Assembly: GCF_006345805.1 (NCBI RefSeq)
Contig: NW_021828875.1
Coordinates: 1-7,448, forward strand
DNA length: 7,448 nucleotides
Source of the DNA: Octopus sinensis
Taxonomy: Eukaryota
Reading direction: 5' to 3'
In this document: positions 1-6,922 of the stretch, one piece after another
Numbering within the stretch: the stretch's first letter is position 1
Layout: each line of letters begins with the position of its first letter
Position numbers and translations under genes: made by a program
The notes under the pieces: generated by a model
Database searches by the model: none
The model's input: only the letters and a program-made list of their open reading frames with translations
What the model was told of the DNA's origin: nothing

Positions 1-3
1 TGA

Positions 4-797
4 GTGGAGGGGTTAGTCCATGAGGTCACATTCAGGGTGACTTGGGAACTGGTGGCCACACAGGAAATGAGAATTGATTGGAATGATGTGCTCAAGGATT
101 AGACAATGATCATATCATTACCGACGGACATAAGTTGGCCGCACTATTTTCATTGGCCTGCAATGATTTAAATATGTCACGAGCTGGACCCGTTACCGAG
201 CCGGACGCGTTAAAATTCAACTTTAATTTCTCAGGTGATTTTGTCAATAAAAATTTATAAATTGACAAAATACCGACAAGTACAAGACAGTTTTATTTCC
301 CAACAAACCCATAAATTAATGTTAGGAAAAAGCCAAGAGCAGAAAAAGAGGCTAATAATGTGGTTTGATTTCATTGTATAGGGTCATTTTATGAGACACA
401 ACATGTCTCTTCTTAGCATATACCCAAATTAGAGATTGAAACGAGAAATAGCAATGAGATCTGTCAAATTATTACCCCCCTCACAACCTAAACCAAATTA
501 GCGTTCAGTATTCATTGATTTTACTTTTTCTATTAAGGTCTACTTATAAATTATTTTAAGGGATTCAATGGAAAACTTAAGTTATTTCAATTTTAATTTT
601 GAATCATGTTAAAATTTTAAATCTTTTAATAAAGAGATATCTTTGATCTGATTCCACACTCCTCCCGAGTGCTTTTAATCGAGAAAATAAACGTTCCCTT
701 CTTGGACTCGACCAAACGACATCTCATTTGGTGGTCCCCTGAGATGTTACGATTAGGACTTGCACTGAATGTGTTGCCTGTCTTATTCGCATGTCGA
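4..797 (+). CDS. Probable upstream exon fragments of an unidentified spliced gene (frameshifted, boundaries uncertain)
   Basis: Protein-like open stretches: 4-99 (VEGLVHEVTFRVTWELVATQEMRIDWNDVLKD), a shifted frame ~102-257 (DNDHIITDGHKLAALFSLACNDLNMSRAGPVTEPDALKFNF...) and 633-797 (RDIFDLIPHSSRVLLIEKINVPFLDSTKRHLIWWSPEMLRLGLAL...). Candidate 22-23 nt GT-AG introns lie at 360-381 and 538-560. No continuous frame was proven and no family motif recognised. Confidence 0.3.
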
Positions 798-1037
798 TAG
801 CTCAGGAAATGCGTTGCAGGGAAATATAATCAAGTTGTTCAATCCCCGATGGAGTTGTGTTCATAGCAATTGTAAATTGCGGGCACAGTTGTGATTGCGT
901 AACTTTATTGCAGGGGATGGGCGCAATCCTCTCAAAATGAGTCTCGTATGCTCACTAATTAGGTTTTTTCCCAAAACAAGGATATATGGTCATTTTCCGT
1001 TTTGCTGTGTAGGTTTGTCAGAGTATTATTATTTTAG

Positions 1038-1792
1038 TTGGACGTCGATGTCGTGCATGCAATAAAGAAGGCGTTGGAGATGATTTGGCCATCCACTAGG
1101 GATTATTTTGAGGCAATGTACAGAATGACTGCAATGTCGAGGTAGTTCTCGATTTTACACGTAGAAATTACACGACATTCGTTTTTCGACGAATTATTCT
1201 CTTCAGTACTACTACAACCGCTATTGTTGCGCATGACAAACATTGGACGCTCGACGGGTGGTTGATGGGCAACGTGGAGAATACGGGAATGGTGATTTAT
1301 TTTTCTCATTCCAGGAATCATTAAGAAAATCATCACATGGTCTACTCCGTTTTCTCAAACAGAATGAAAAGGAAGATTACACGCTCATGATTGTGCACTC
1401 AGCACTCCGAATCACCAACACTCCACAACTCTCCAAACTAAGGGCTCATATTAGCGTCCTCTTCTTCTCAGTCGTGTTGTTATAAATAGTTTTAGAATAA
1501 AAAGAATTCATCTACCGCCGAAGGGCAGCCCGGAAGCTGACGCGTCTTCCCGAATGTGGTTGCCCTATCTGCTAATGATGACGACCGTTCAACAGCGTAC
1601 GACACATTGCTGAGGGCAATCAAGACTGGTTACATTACCCTTGACCACTTTATTCCTTATTTCACCAAAGTGTGTTCTTCAAGAGAAATTCAGAATACGG
1701 TTGAAGCGTGTTGTGCTATTTCAGTCTCACTACAATCTGTAATGTCCACAAACAACCAAAGAAGAACTATACAGCCTCCACACCTTCACGTT
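1038..1792 (+). CDS. Spliced coding segment of an unidentified protein (best-supported part)
   Basis: Removing GT-AG introns 1142-1164, 1292-1314 and 1471-1495 joins four pieces into one frame: LDVDVVHAIKKALEMIWPSTRDYFEAMYRMTAMSR-NYTTFVFRRIILFSTTTTAIVAHDKHWTLDGWLMGNVENTGM-ESLRKSSHGLLRFLKQNEKEDYTLMIVHSALRITNTPQLSKLRAHISVLFFS-NKKNSSTAEGQPGS*RVFPNVVALSANDDDRSTAYDTLLRAIKTGYITLDHFIPYFTK... One internal TGA sits at 1538-1540. This accounts for the 3' part of ORF 1243-1485 and for ORF 1556-1795. Confidence 0.6.
1142..1164 (+). other. 23-nt spliceosomal micro-intron
   Basis: gtagttctcgattttacacgtag. Removal (AG|A = Arg) avoids an in-frame TAG and joins two long open stretches. Confidence 0.65.
1292..1314 (+). 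other. 23-nt spliceosomal micro-intron
   Basis: gtgatttatttttctcattccag, pyrimidine-rich and phase 0. Removal switches into the ESLRKSSHG frame of ORF 1243-1485. Confidence 0.7.
1471..1495 (+). other. 25-nt spliceosomal micro-intron
   Basis: gtcgtgttgttataaatagttttag, phase 0. It contains the TAA ending ORF 1243-1485, and removal leads into the frame of ORF 1556-1795. Confidence 0.5.
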
Positions 1793-2726
1793 TAGCGTGA
1801 TTGAGAACCTGACTGTTACTCTGTGGCAATGTACACATACAAAACTATACACGTATTGTGTTACATTTAAATTGCAGTCCAGATGCGTGGTCTTTCTTAT
1901 GCAGAGAAGGGGACTCGATTGCCTTATCCTCGAGGGGAGAGAAAAGGTTTAATTCAGTGGCGCAATGAACATCTTCTAAATTCTATAAGGTTTTTATTCT
2001 TGCTATTTCAGAATGTGGGATTCCTGTGCGAAGGAGTATATTAGTTTATGGATTATTACTCTCTAATATTGGAAAGGACCCTTTCATTGGACGAACACTC
2101 CGGACATATGTCCCTATAACATTCGGAGAACCACTTGATGCTCGATCATATGGCATATTCAAGATTTTGTGATTGTGCTTGAACAAGTCATTAACGAGAT
2201 TAAACAAGGACAACATGGTTAAATGGTTGTGTCCCACGTCACAGTGCAGGTCATCAGATGGTCGGACATCGAAGAATGACGAAGAACTTGTGTAAATCTT
2301 TACACAAGTTTTGCTAAAAAAACTGCTGCGAATTGAAAGCAGATACACCCTTATTGCGTGTCCTTGCACTTGATCACGAATCTGGGACCTCCGATCTTTA
2401 CGACATGGTCCTCTTACAAACACTCCAGACTAGAATGTATGTTCGATGTCGTTCATTATTATAGTTTGATGGTTAAAGTTCGGGAGGGGACGTCTCTCCA
2501 CATTCTGAGTATAATGGGCATTGGTTGGATGTCTTACTATTGCCATCGACCGAGGAATTCCCTCTCACTGTTCTACTTCCACTACAATTTAGAACTATAA
2601 TCCGTATCACATGACTCAGATACTCTATTTCTTCCAGCTGGCGTCGTGTTGAATGCTCACGTGCTTTTTATAATCGAATTCTGAAATGTTCAAAATATTC
2701 AGAAATTGTATTGTGAGGAGTATTCA
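1742..2726 (+). CDS. Continuation of the spliced gene (copy A), with small indels
   Basis: Frame CPQTTKEELYSLHTFTFSVIENLTVTLWQCTHTKLYT | intron 1853-1877 | PDAWSFLCREGDSIALSSRGEKRFNSV.. | intron 1990-2011 | (R)MWDSCAKEYIS.. An A/B consensus then gives ..DYYSLILERTPFIGRTLPDICPYNIRMNHLMLDHMAY..QDFVIVLEQVIN.. and ..ADTPLLRVLALDHESGTHSDLYDMVLLQTLQTR. Several single-base corrections taken from copy B are required. Confidence 0.5.
1853..1877 (+). other. 25-nt spliceosomal micro-intron (identical copy at 3719-3743)
   Basis: gtattgtgttacatttaaattgcag. Phase 2 removal joins KLYT to PDAWSF in copy A. Confidence 0.6.
1990..2011 (+). other. 22-nt (probably 23-nt) spliceosomal micro-intron
   Basis: gtttttattcttgctatttcag. 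Removal gives ATA AG|A ATG TGG (I-R-M-W). Copy B has the homologous sequence from 3853, lacking the terminal AG. Confidence 0.6.
2218..2244 (+). other. 27-nt candidate micro-intron
   Basis: gttaaatggttgtgtcccacgtcacag. It contains the TAA that ends the QDFVIVLEQVIN frame, and the donor is phase 1 in both copies. Confidence 0.4.
2437..2464 (+). other. 28-nt micro-intron; its TAG acceptor contains the Tc1 target TA in copy B
   Basis: gtatgttcgatgtcgttcattattatag, with a strong GTATGT donor and a T-rich TAG acceptor. Confidence 0.55.
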
Positions 2727-2798
2727 GTGTAGGTCTTTGCAATGCAAATCCTTATGTGCTGGGAATAATGAATTGATTATGTTACTGCATGTGCAGGG

Positions 2799-3715
2799 AA
2801 GATGTTACGAGACATTCTCAAGTCTTTTTTCTGGCAGCCGGGGGTTGTTGTGTGTGAGTTAGTGAATAGGAGGCAAGGTTGAAAGGATTGTCATGTCACA
2901 AACAATTCCAAGTAGTTTGCAGCAAAGATGACTAATGTTCTGCAAAACACTTTAGGCCAGTTCTACAACCTTGACGTAACCTGTTGTGGTTTATTGTAGT
3001 CGGAATCTATTCTTTCCAAATGTAATGAAATTGGTTTTCAAAATGGACTCTATTTATCGATACTATTCGATTTACTATGAGAATTACTTGGAACACTACA
3101 ATTTTCTGCGTTTGGTAATTCCAGCGGAGATGTACAATTACTACCAGTCATACCGCCCATCCCAACTCCTCAAGTAGCCAACAAAACGGAGGCACAACGA
3201 CGAAAGATCGTGGAGTTTTTGATGGAAATAAACGACAAGATTTAATGCAAGGAAATTATCAAGGACATGTCTGGATAGAATGATCAGTGATTAGATAAAG
3301 TACAACTCAATAACAGAGGACAAGTCCTTCTCTCGTCAGACTTGTAATTGTTAGTTTCACCCTAAGACCATTCACGTCTTTTTCCAGTATTCAGTGGACA
3401 GTTCTTTAAAGGAAGACAGTTCGAGTCAAACTATATTTCTGACTTTATGCTCTACTTTTTCCGTATTTGTACCACGAGACTCCCTCCACAACATCTGTTC
3501 AACAAAACTTCCTCATGTATTTGCAGGGTTGTAGAGTTCTAGTTATGTGTGGGCCGAGGATGTCTCTATTCGACGTAATTTGGAGGCCAATTGTTTATAG
3601 TCACATACATTGTTCCTGTCACGGAATTTGACGACTTTATGTCCCAGGTGTGTCTGTTTTTATTTTAGTCACTATCGTAAGGGAGCCGGATTAATACTTG
3701 TTTTTCATAGCAGTT
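2799..3715 (+). CDS. Further probable exon fragments of the same gene
   Basis: Protein-like stretches: KMLRDILKSFFWQPGVVVCELVNRRQG (2799-2879), SESILSKCNEIGFQNGLYLSILFDLL*ELLGTLQFSAFGNSSGDVQLLPVIPPIPTPQVANKTEAQRRKIVEFLMEINDKI (3000-3242, following a TAG acceptor) and VFSGQFFKGRQFESNYISDFMLYFFRICTTRLPPQHLFNKTSS (~3390-3515). Candidate 21-nt intron at 3648-3668. The joins were not resolved. Confidence 0.35.
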
Positions 3716-3918
3716 CACGTATTGTGTTACATTTAAATTGCAGTCCAGATGCGCGGTCTCTCTTATGCAGAAGGTGGACTCGATTGCTCATCCCTCGAGG
3801 AGAAAAGGTTTAATTCAGTGGTCGCAATGAACTATCTTCTAAATTCTATAAGGTTTTCCATTCTTGCTATTTCAATGTGGGATTCCTGTGCGAAGGAGTA
3901 TATTAGTTTTATGGATTA
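3716..3918 (+). pseudogene. Duplication copy B, left part (ends at the Helitron-like insertion)
   Basis: Homology to 1850 starts abruptly at CACGTATTGTG and ends at ATGGATTA. It contains most of ORF 3749-3949, whose last residues (RQLASLTAT) come from the inserted element. Confidence 0.9.
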
Positions 3919-4211
3919 TCGGCAGCTCGCTTCGCTCACCGCGACCTAGCTCCTGCGGAGGGCCTGGTTCATCAAACAACTATAAGTTATGTAGATGTAT
4001 AAAACTACTGGTTTAATGTAACCCTATTCTATCGCCTGTTGATAAACGATGTTTGTCGTCCGTCCTTCCTTGGCATATATGAATAAATTTTCTCTTCTGC
4101 CTACCTCGAGCATCCCCATACAGCTGTCCATGTGAAAAGCACTCACTCTCTAAAAATAACCCCAACTACCTTTAATGACTGTCCCTGGGCCTTGTTATTG
4201 TCATTGCAAAC

Positions 4212-4312
4212 TTTTTTTTTCATTTTTTGTGGTTTATTTTTTTTTATATTAATTTTTTTTCATTTTTTCCTTTGTAATTTCCTTTTTTTCTTTTTTTATT
4301 TTTTTGTTTTTT
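4212..4312 (+). repeat. T-rich low-complexity tract
   Basis: About 100 nt of interrupted poly-T runs. It produces the spurious Phe-rich ORF 4132-4404. Confidence 0.9.
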
Positions 4313-4599
4313 ACTGGCGGAAATGGGGCAGGGGGAGATGCGGCAGGCGGAAATTCGCAGGCAAGAAAGCGACACACAAAAAGCAACACACAAAAAAGAT
4401 TTAATTAATTACCTTATTAAGCTGACCGTTTTTTTCTTCAGCTTCGTTTTTCCTCCTTCGGTTATCTATTTAAAAAATTATTTTTGAATAATAAAAAAGT
4501 TTAGGAAAAGAGGAAAGAGGCATACCGAAAATAAATTCTATCTTTACGAAAAACTCAAGTAAATAGTTAATATTTTTACGCAAATTCTTTGATTGCGCT

Positions 4600-4802
4600 G
4601 TCAATTGGTGGTAAATTGTGTTAATGGTTGTGCTAATGTGGTTTCAACTATCAAAGTGTTTTTCAAAATCTGTTAATTGCACACTCTATTCAAGGTCGTG
4701 CGTCAATTGTGGTAAATTGTGTTAATGATTGTGCTAATGTGGTTTCAACTATCAAAGTGGTTTTCAAAATCTGTTAATTGCACACTCTATTCAAAGTCGT
4801 GC
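4600..4802. repeat. Tandem dimer of a 102/101-bp unit
   Basis: gtcaatt(g)gtggtaaattgtgttaat...tcaa(g/a)gtcgtgc at 4600-4701 and 4702-4802, differing by about three substitutions and one indel. Confidence 0.95.
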
Positions 4803-5010
4803 AATCTGTGATTGCACATTCTGTCAAAGTCAAATATGATAATAGCTTTAATTTTGATTCATGGTCGATAATGATATATGCATTTATTTTAAAGAGAAAA
4901 ACATAGGATGAATTGAATTTCTTTATCGCGAATAATTGGGAGTTCATCATTGTAATATTCTCGCTGTCGTTTTCATCAAGGATATTCTTAATACGTGAGA
5001 TTTTTGCCTT

Positions 5011-6179
5011 GAAGGTTTTAATGGACCTCATCATGAATGTCGAGGACATTCGCGTTGTTAATTTTAATCAAAATGCAGAAAATAATTTTTTGATTTTTTG
5101 GGGGAAGGTTTTAAGGACTTCATCATGTAAGTCGAGGACATTGTAGTTGTTCATTTTAACCAAAATGCAGAAAATTTTTTTAATTTTTTGGGGGGGGAGG
5201 TTTTAAGGACTTCATCATGTAAGTGAGGACATTGTAGTTGTTCATTTTAACCAAAATGGCAGAAAATTTTTTTTTAATTTTTTGGGGGGGAAGGTTTTAA
5301 GGACTTCATCATGTAAGTCGAGGACATTGTAGTTGTTCATTTTAACCAAAATGCAGAAAATTTTTTTTAATTTTTTTTGGGGGAAGGTTTTAAGGACTTC
5401 ATCATGTAAGTCGAGGACATTGTAGTTGTCATTTTAACCAAAATGCAGAAAATTTTTTTTAATTTTTTTTGGGGGGAAGGTTTTAAGGACTTCATCATGT
5501 AAGTCGAGGACATTGTAGTTGTTCATTTTAACCAAAATGCAGAAAATTTTTTTTTAATTTTTTGGGGGGGAAGGTTTTAAGGACTTCATCATGTAAGTCT
5601 AGGACATTGTAGTTGTTCATTTTAACCAAAATGCAGAAAATTTTTTTTTAATTTTTTTTGGCGAAAGGTTTTAAGGACCTCATCATGTAAGTCGAGGACA
5701 TTGTAGTTGTTCATTTTAACCAAAATGCAGAAAATTTTTTTTTTAATTTTTTTTGGGGGGGAAGGTTTTAAGGACTTCATCATGTAAGTCGAGGACATGT
5801 AGCTGTTCATTTTAACCAAATGCAGAAAATTTTTTTTAAATTTTTTTGGGGGGAAGGTTTTAAGGACTTCATCATGTAAGTCGAGGACATTGTAGTTGTT
5901 CATTTTAACCAAAATGCAGAAAATTGTTTTTTTAATTTTTTTGGGGGGGAAGGTTTTTAAGGACCTCATCATGTAAGTCGAGGACATTGTAGTTGTTCAT
6001 TTTAACCAAAATGCAGAAAATTTTTTTTAATTTTTTTTGGGGGGAAGGTTTAAGAGTAAGGACTTCATCATGTTAGTCGAGGACACTTGTAGTTGTTCAT
6101 TTTAACCAAATGCAGAACAATTTTTTTTAATTTTTTTGGGGGGAAGGTTTTAAGGACCTCATCATGTAAGTCGAGACAT
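5011..6179. repeat. Tandem array (minisatellite/satellite-like), ~94-bp unit, 12 full copies plus a partial 13th
   Basis: Unit gaaggttttaaggac(t/c)tcatcatgtaagtcgaggacattgtagttgttcattttaaccaaaatgcagaaaa(T)n aa(T)n(G)n. Starts at about 5011, 5104, 5197, 5290, 5383, 5476, 5570, 5663, 5761, 5853, 5949, 6044 and 6143. Length variation is mostly in homopolymers, and the first unit is the most diverged. Confidence 0.97.
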
Positions 6180-6211
6180 CGTATTGCCAATTTGAAGTTG
6201 GTGTGCACACA

Positions 6212-6238
6212 ACAGACAGACAGACAGACAGACAGACA
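6212..6238. repeat. (ACAG)n / (CTGT)n microsatellite, 6 units plus ACA
   Basis: acagacagacagacagacagacagaca, 27 nt from the right boundary of the inserted element. Confidence 0.97.
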
Positions 6239-6265
6239 CACAACCATACCATTTTATTATTAAGA

Positions 6266-6712
6266 TTACTCTCTAATATTGGAAAGGACCCCTTTCATTG
6301 GACGAACACTCCCGGACATATGTCCCTATAACATTCGGATGAACATTCGGATGAACATTCGGATGAACCACTTGATGCTCGATCATATGGCATATCTCAA
6401 GATTTTGTGATTGTGCTTGAACAAGTCATTAACGACGAGATTAACAAGGACAACATTGGTTAAATGGTTGTGTTCCACGTCACAGTGCAGGTCATCAAGA
6501 TGGTCGGACACGAAGAATGACGAAGAACTTGTGTAAATTCTTTACACAAGTTTTTGCTTAAAAAACTGCTGCGAATTGAAAAGCAGATACACCCTTATTG
6601 CGTGTCCTTGCACTTGATCACGAATCTGGGACCCACTCCGATCTTTACGACATGGTCCTCTTACAAACACTCCAGACTAGAATTGTATGTTCGAATGTCG
6701 TTCATTATTATA
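6266..6712 (+). pseudogene. Duplication copy B, right part (between the Helitron-like element and Tc1)
   Basis: Aligns to 2056-2463 and ends exactly at the TA preceding the Tc1 terminus. It accounts for most of ORFs 6554-6760 and 6598-6783. Confidence 0.92.
6330..6365 (+). repeat. Perfect triplication of 12-nt AACATTCGGATG
   Basis: Three exact copies here versus one (AACATTCGGA-G) at 2118-2128 in copy A. Confidence 0.95.
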
Positions 6713-6717
6713 CAGTA

Positions 6718-6922
6718 CCGGTCATATGTTTTAGACATTCTGAAAAAACCCAGTGTTTGATTTTTCTAAAGAAAATCCAATAAAATAAAAGTTTTTTAGT
6801 AATATTATCTATATTATTTATATTATTTATCATTTTCATATCTTATCTTCGCTTTATCTTCGACTTCTTCATTATGTTTAAGGATTTTGTCGAAATTGGC
6901 CCAGTCATATGTTTTAGACATT
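6718..6922 (+). repeat. Outer and inner direct repeats of an IR/DR-type Tc1 left end
   Basis: CC(G/A)GTCATATGTTTTAGACATT at 6718-6739 and 6901-6922 (21/22 identical, 183 bp apart). The outer copy lies 5 nt inside the terminus. Confidence 0.8.

Larger units (their letters stand above)
1850..2463 (+). repeat. Segmental duplication, copy A (uninterrupted; provides empty sites)
   Basis: 1850-2055 aligns to 3716-3918 and 2056-2463 aligns to 6266-6712. The copies are near-identical apart from small indels. Confidence 0.95.
3919..6265 (-). mobile_element. Non-autonomous Helitron-like element with internal tandem array and microsatellite
   Basis: Absent from copy A (empty site ATGGATTA^TTACTCTC at 2055/2056). 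On the - strand it sits between A and T and starts 5'-TCTTAATAATAAAA followed by (CTGT)n. It has no TIRs and no transposase, and it ends in GC-rich hairpins with a subterminal CTAG (3946-3949). The junction is ambiguous by the dinucleotide AT. The insertion itself is certain; the Helitron assignment is inferred. Confidence 0.75.

Noticed and set aside
1222-1260. AIVAHDKHWTL as a Ulp1/C48 protease His motif
   Set aside because: Only a superficial HW match. I found no supporting catalytic Asp or Q-x-N-x-x-D-C motif, so no family was assigned.
1103-1336. 77-aa - strand ORF
   Set aside because: It is antisense to the better-supported spliced + strand frame.
2102-2113. 12-nt palindrome GGACATATGTCC
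   Set aside because: A 6-bp-arm palindrome is expected by chance once or twice in a window of this size.
2046-2423. 125-aa - strand ORF
   Set aside because: It is an antisense shadow of the + strand gene and is not preserved in copy B because of indels.
2986-3177. 63-aa Tyr-rich ORF
   Set aside because: An overlapping frame (3000-3242) that follows an AG acceptor is longer and more protein-like, so this is probably an off-frame reading.
4132-4404. 90-aa Phe-rich ORF resembling a membrane protein
   Set aside because: It is produced by the poly-T low-complexity tract.
4913-5146. 77-aa + strand ORF
   Set aside because: It runs into the repeat array, has no recognisable features and overlaps an antisense ORF.
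5622-5987. 121-aa ORF on the - strand
   Set aside because: It is a translation of the tandem repeat (MSSTYMM.SLKTFPPKK recurs), and its frame depends on homopolymer lengths.
5011-6179. CRISPR array
   Set aside because: Units are contiguous near-identical ~94-mers with no unique spacers, there are no cas genes, and the context is eukaryotic.
3918-6266. Cut-and-paste element with a 2-bp AT target duplication
   Set aside because: The AT overlap allows this reading, but the ends have no inverted repeat. The TC start, microsatellite and terminal hairpin fit a rolling-circle element better. Not fully excluded.
6407-6530. Copy B frame KIL*LCLNKSLTTRLTRTTLVKW... as further TGA read-through evidence
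   Set aside because: An alternative frame (QDFVIVLEQVIN...) is more protein-like and meets the 27-nt intron in the same phase in both copies, so this TGA is probably off-frame.
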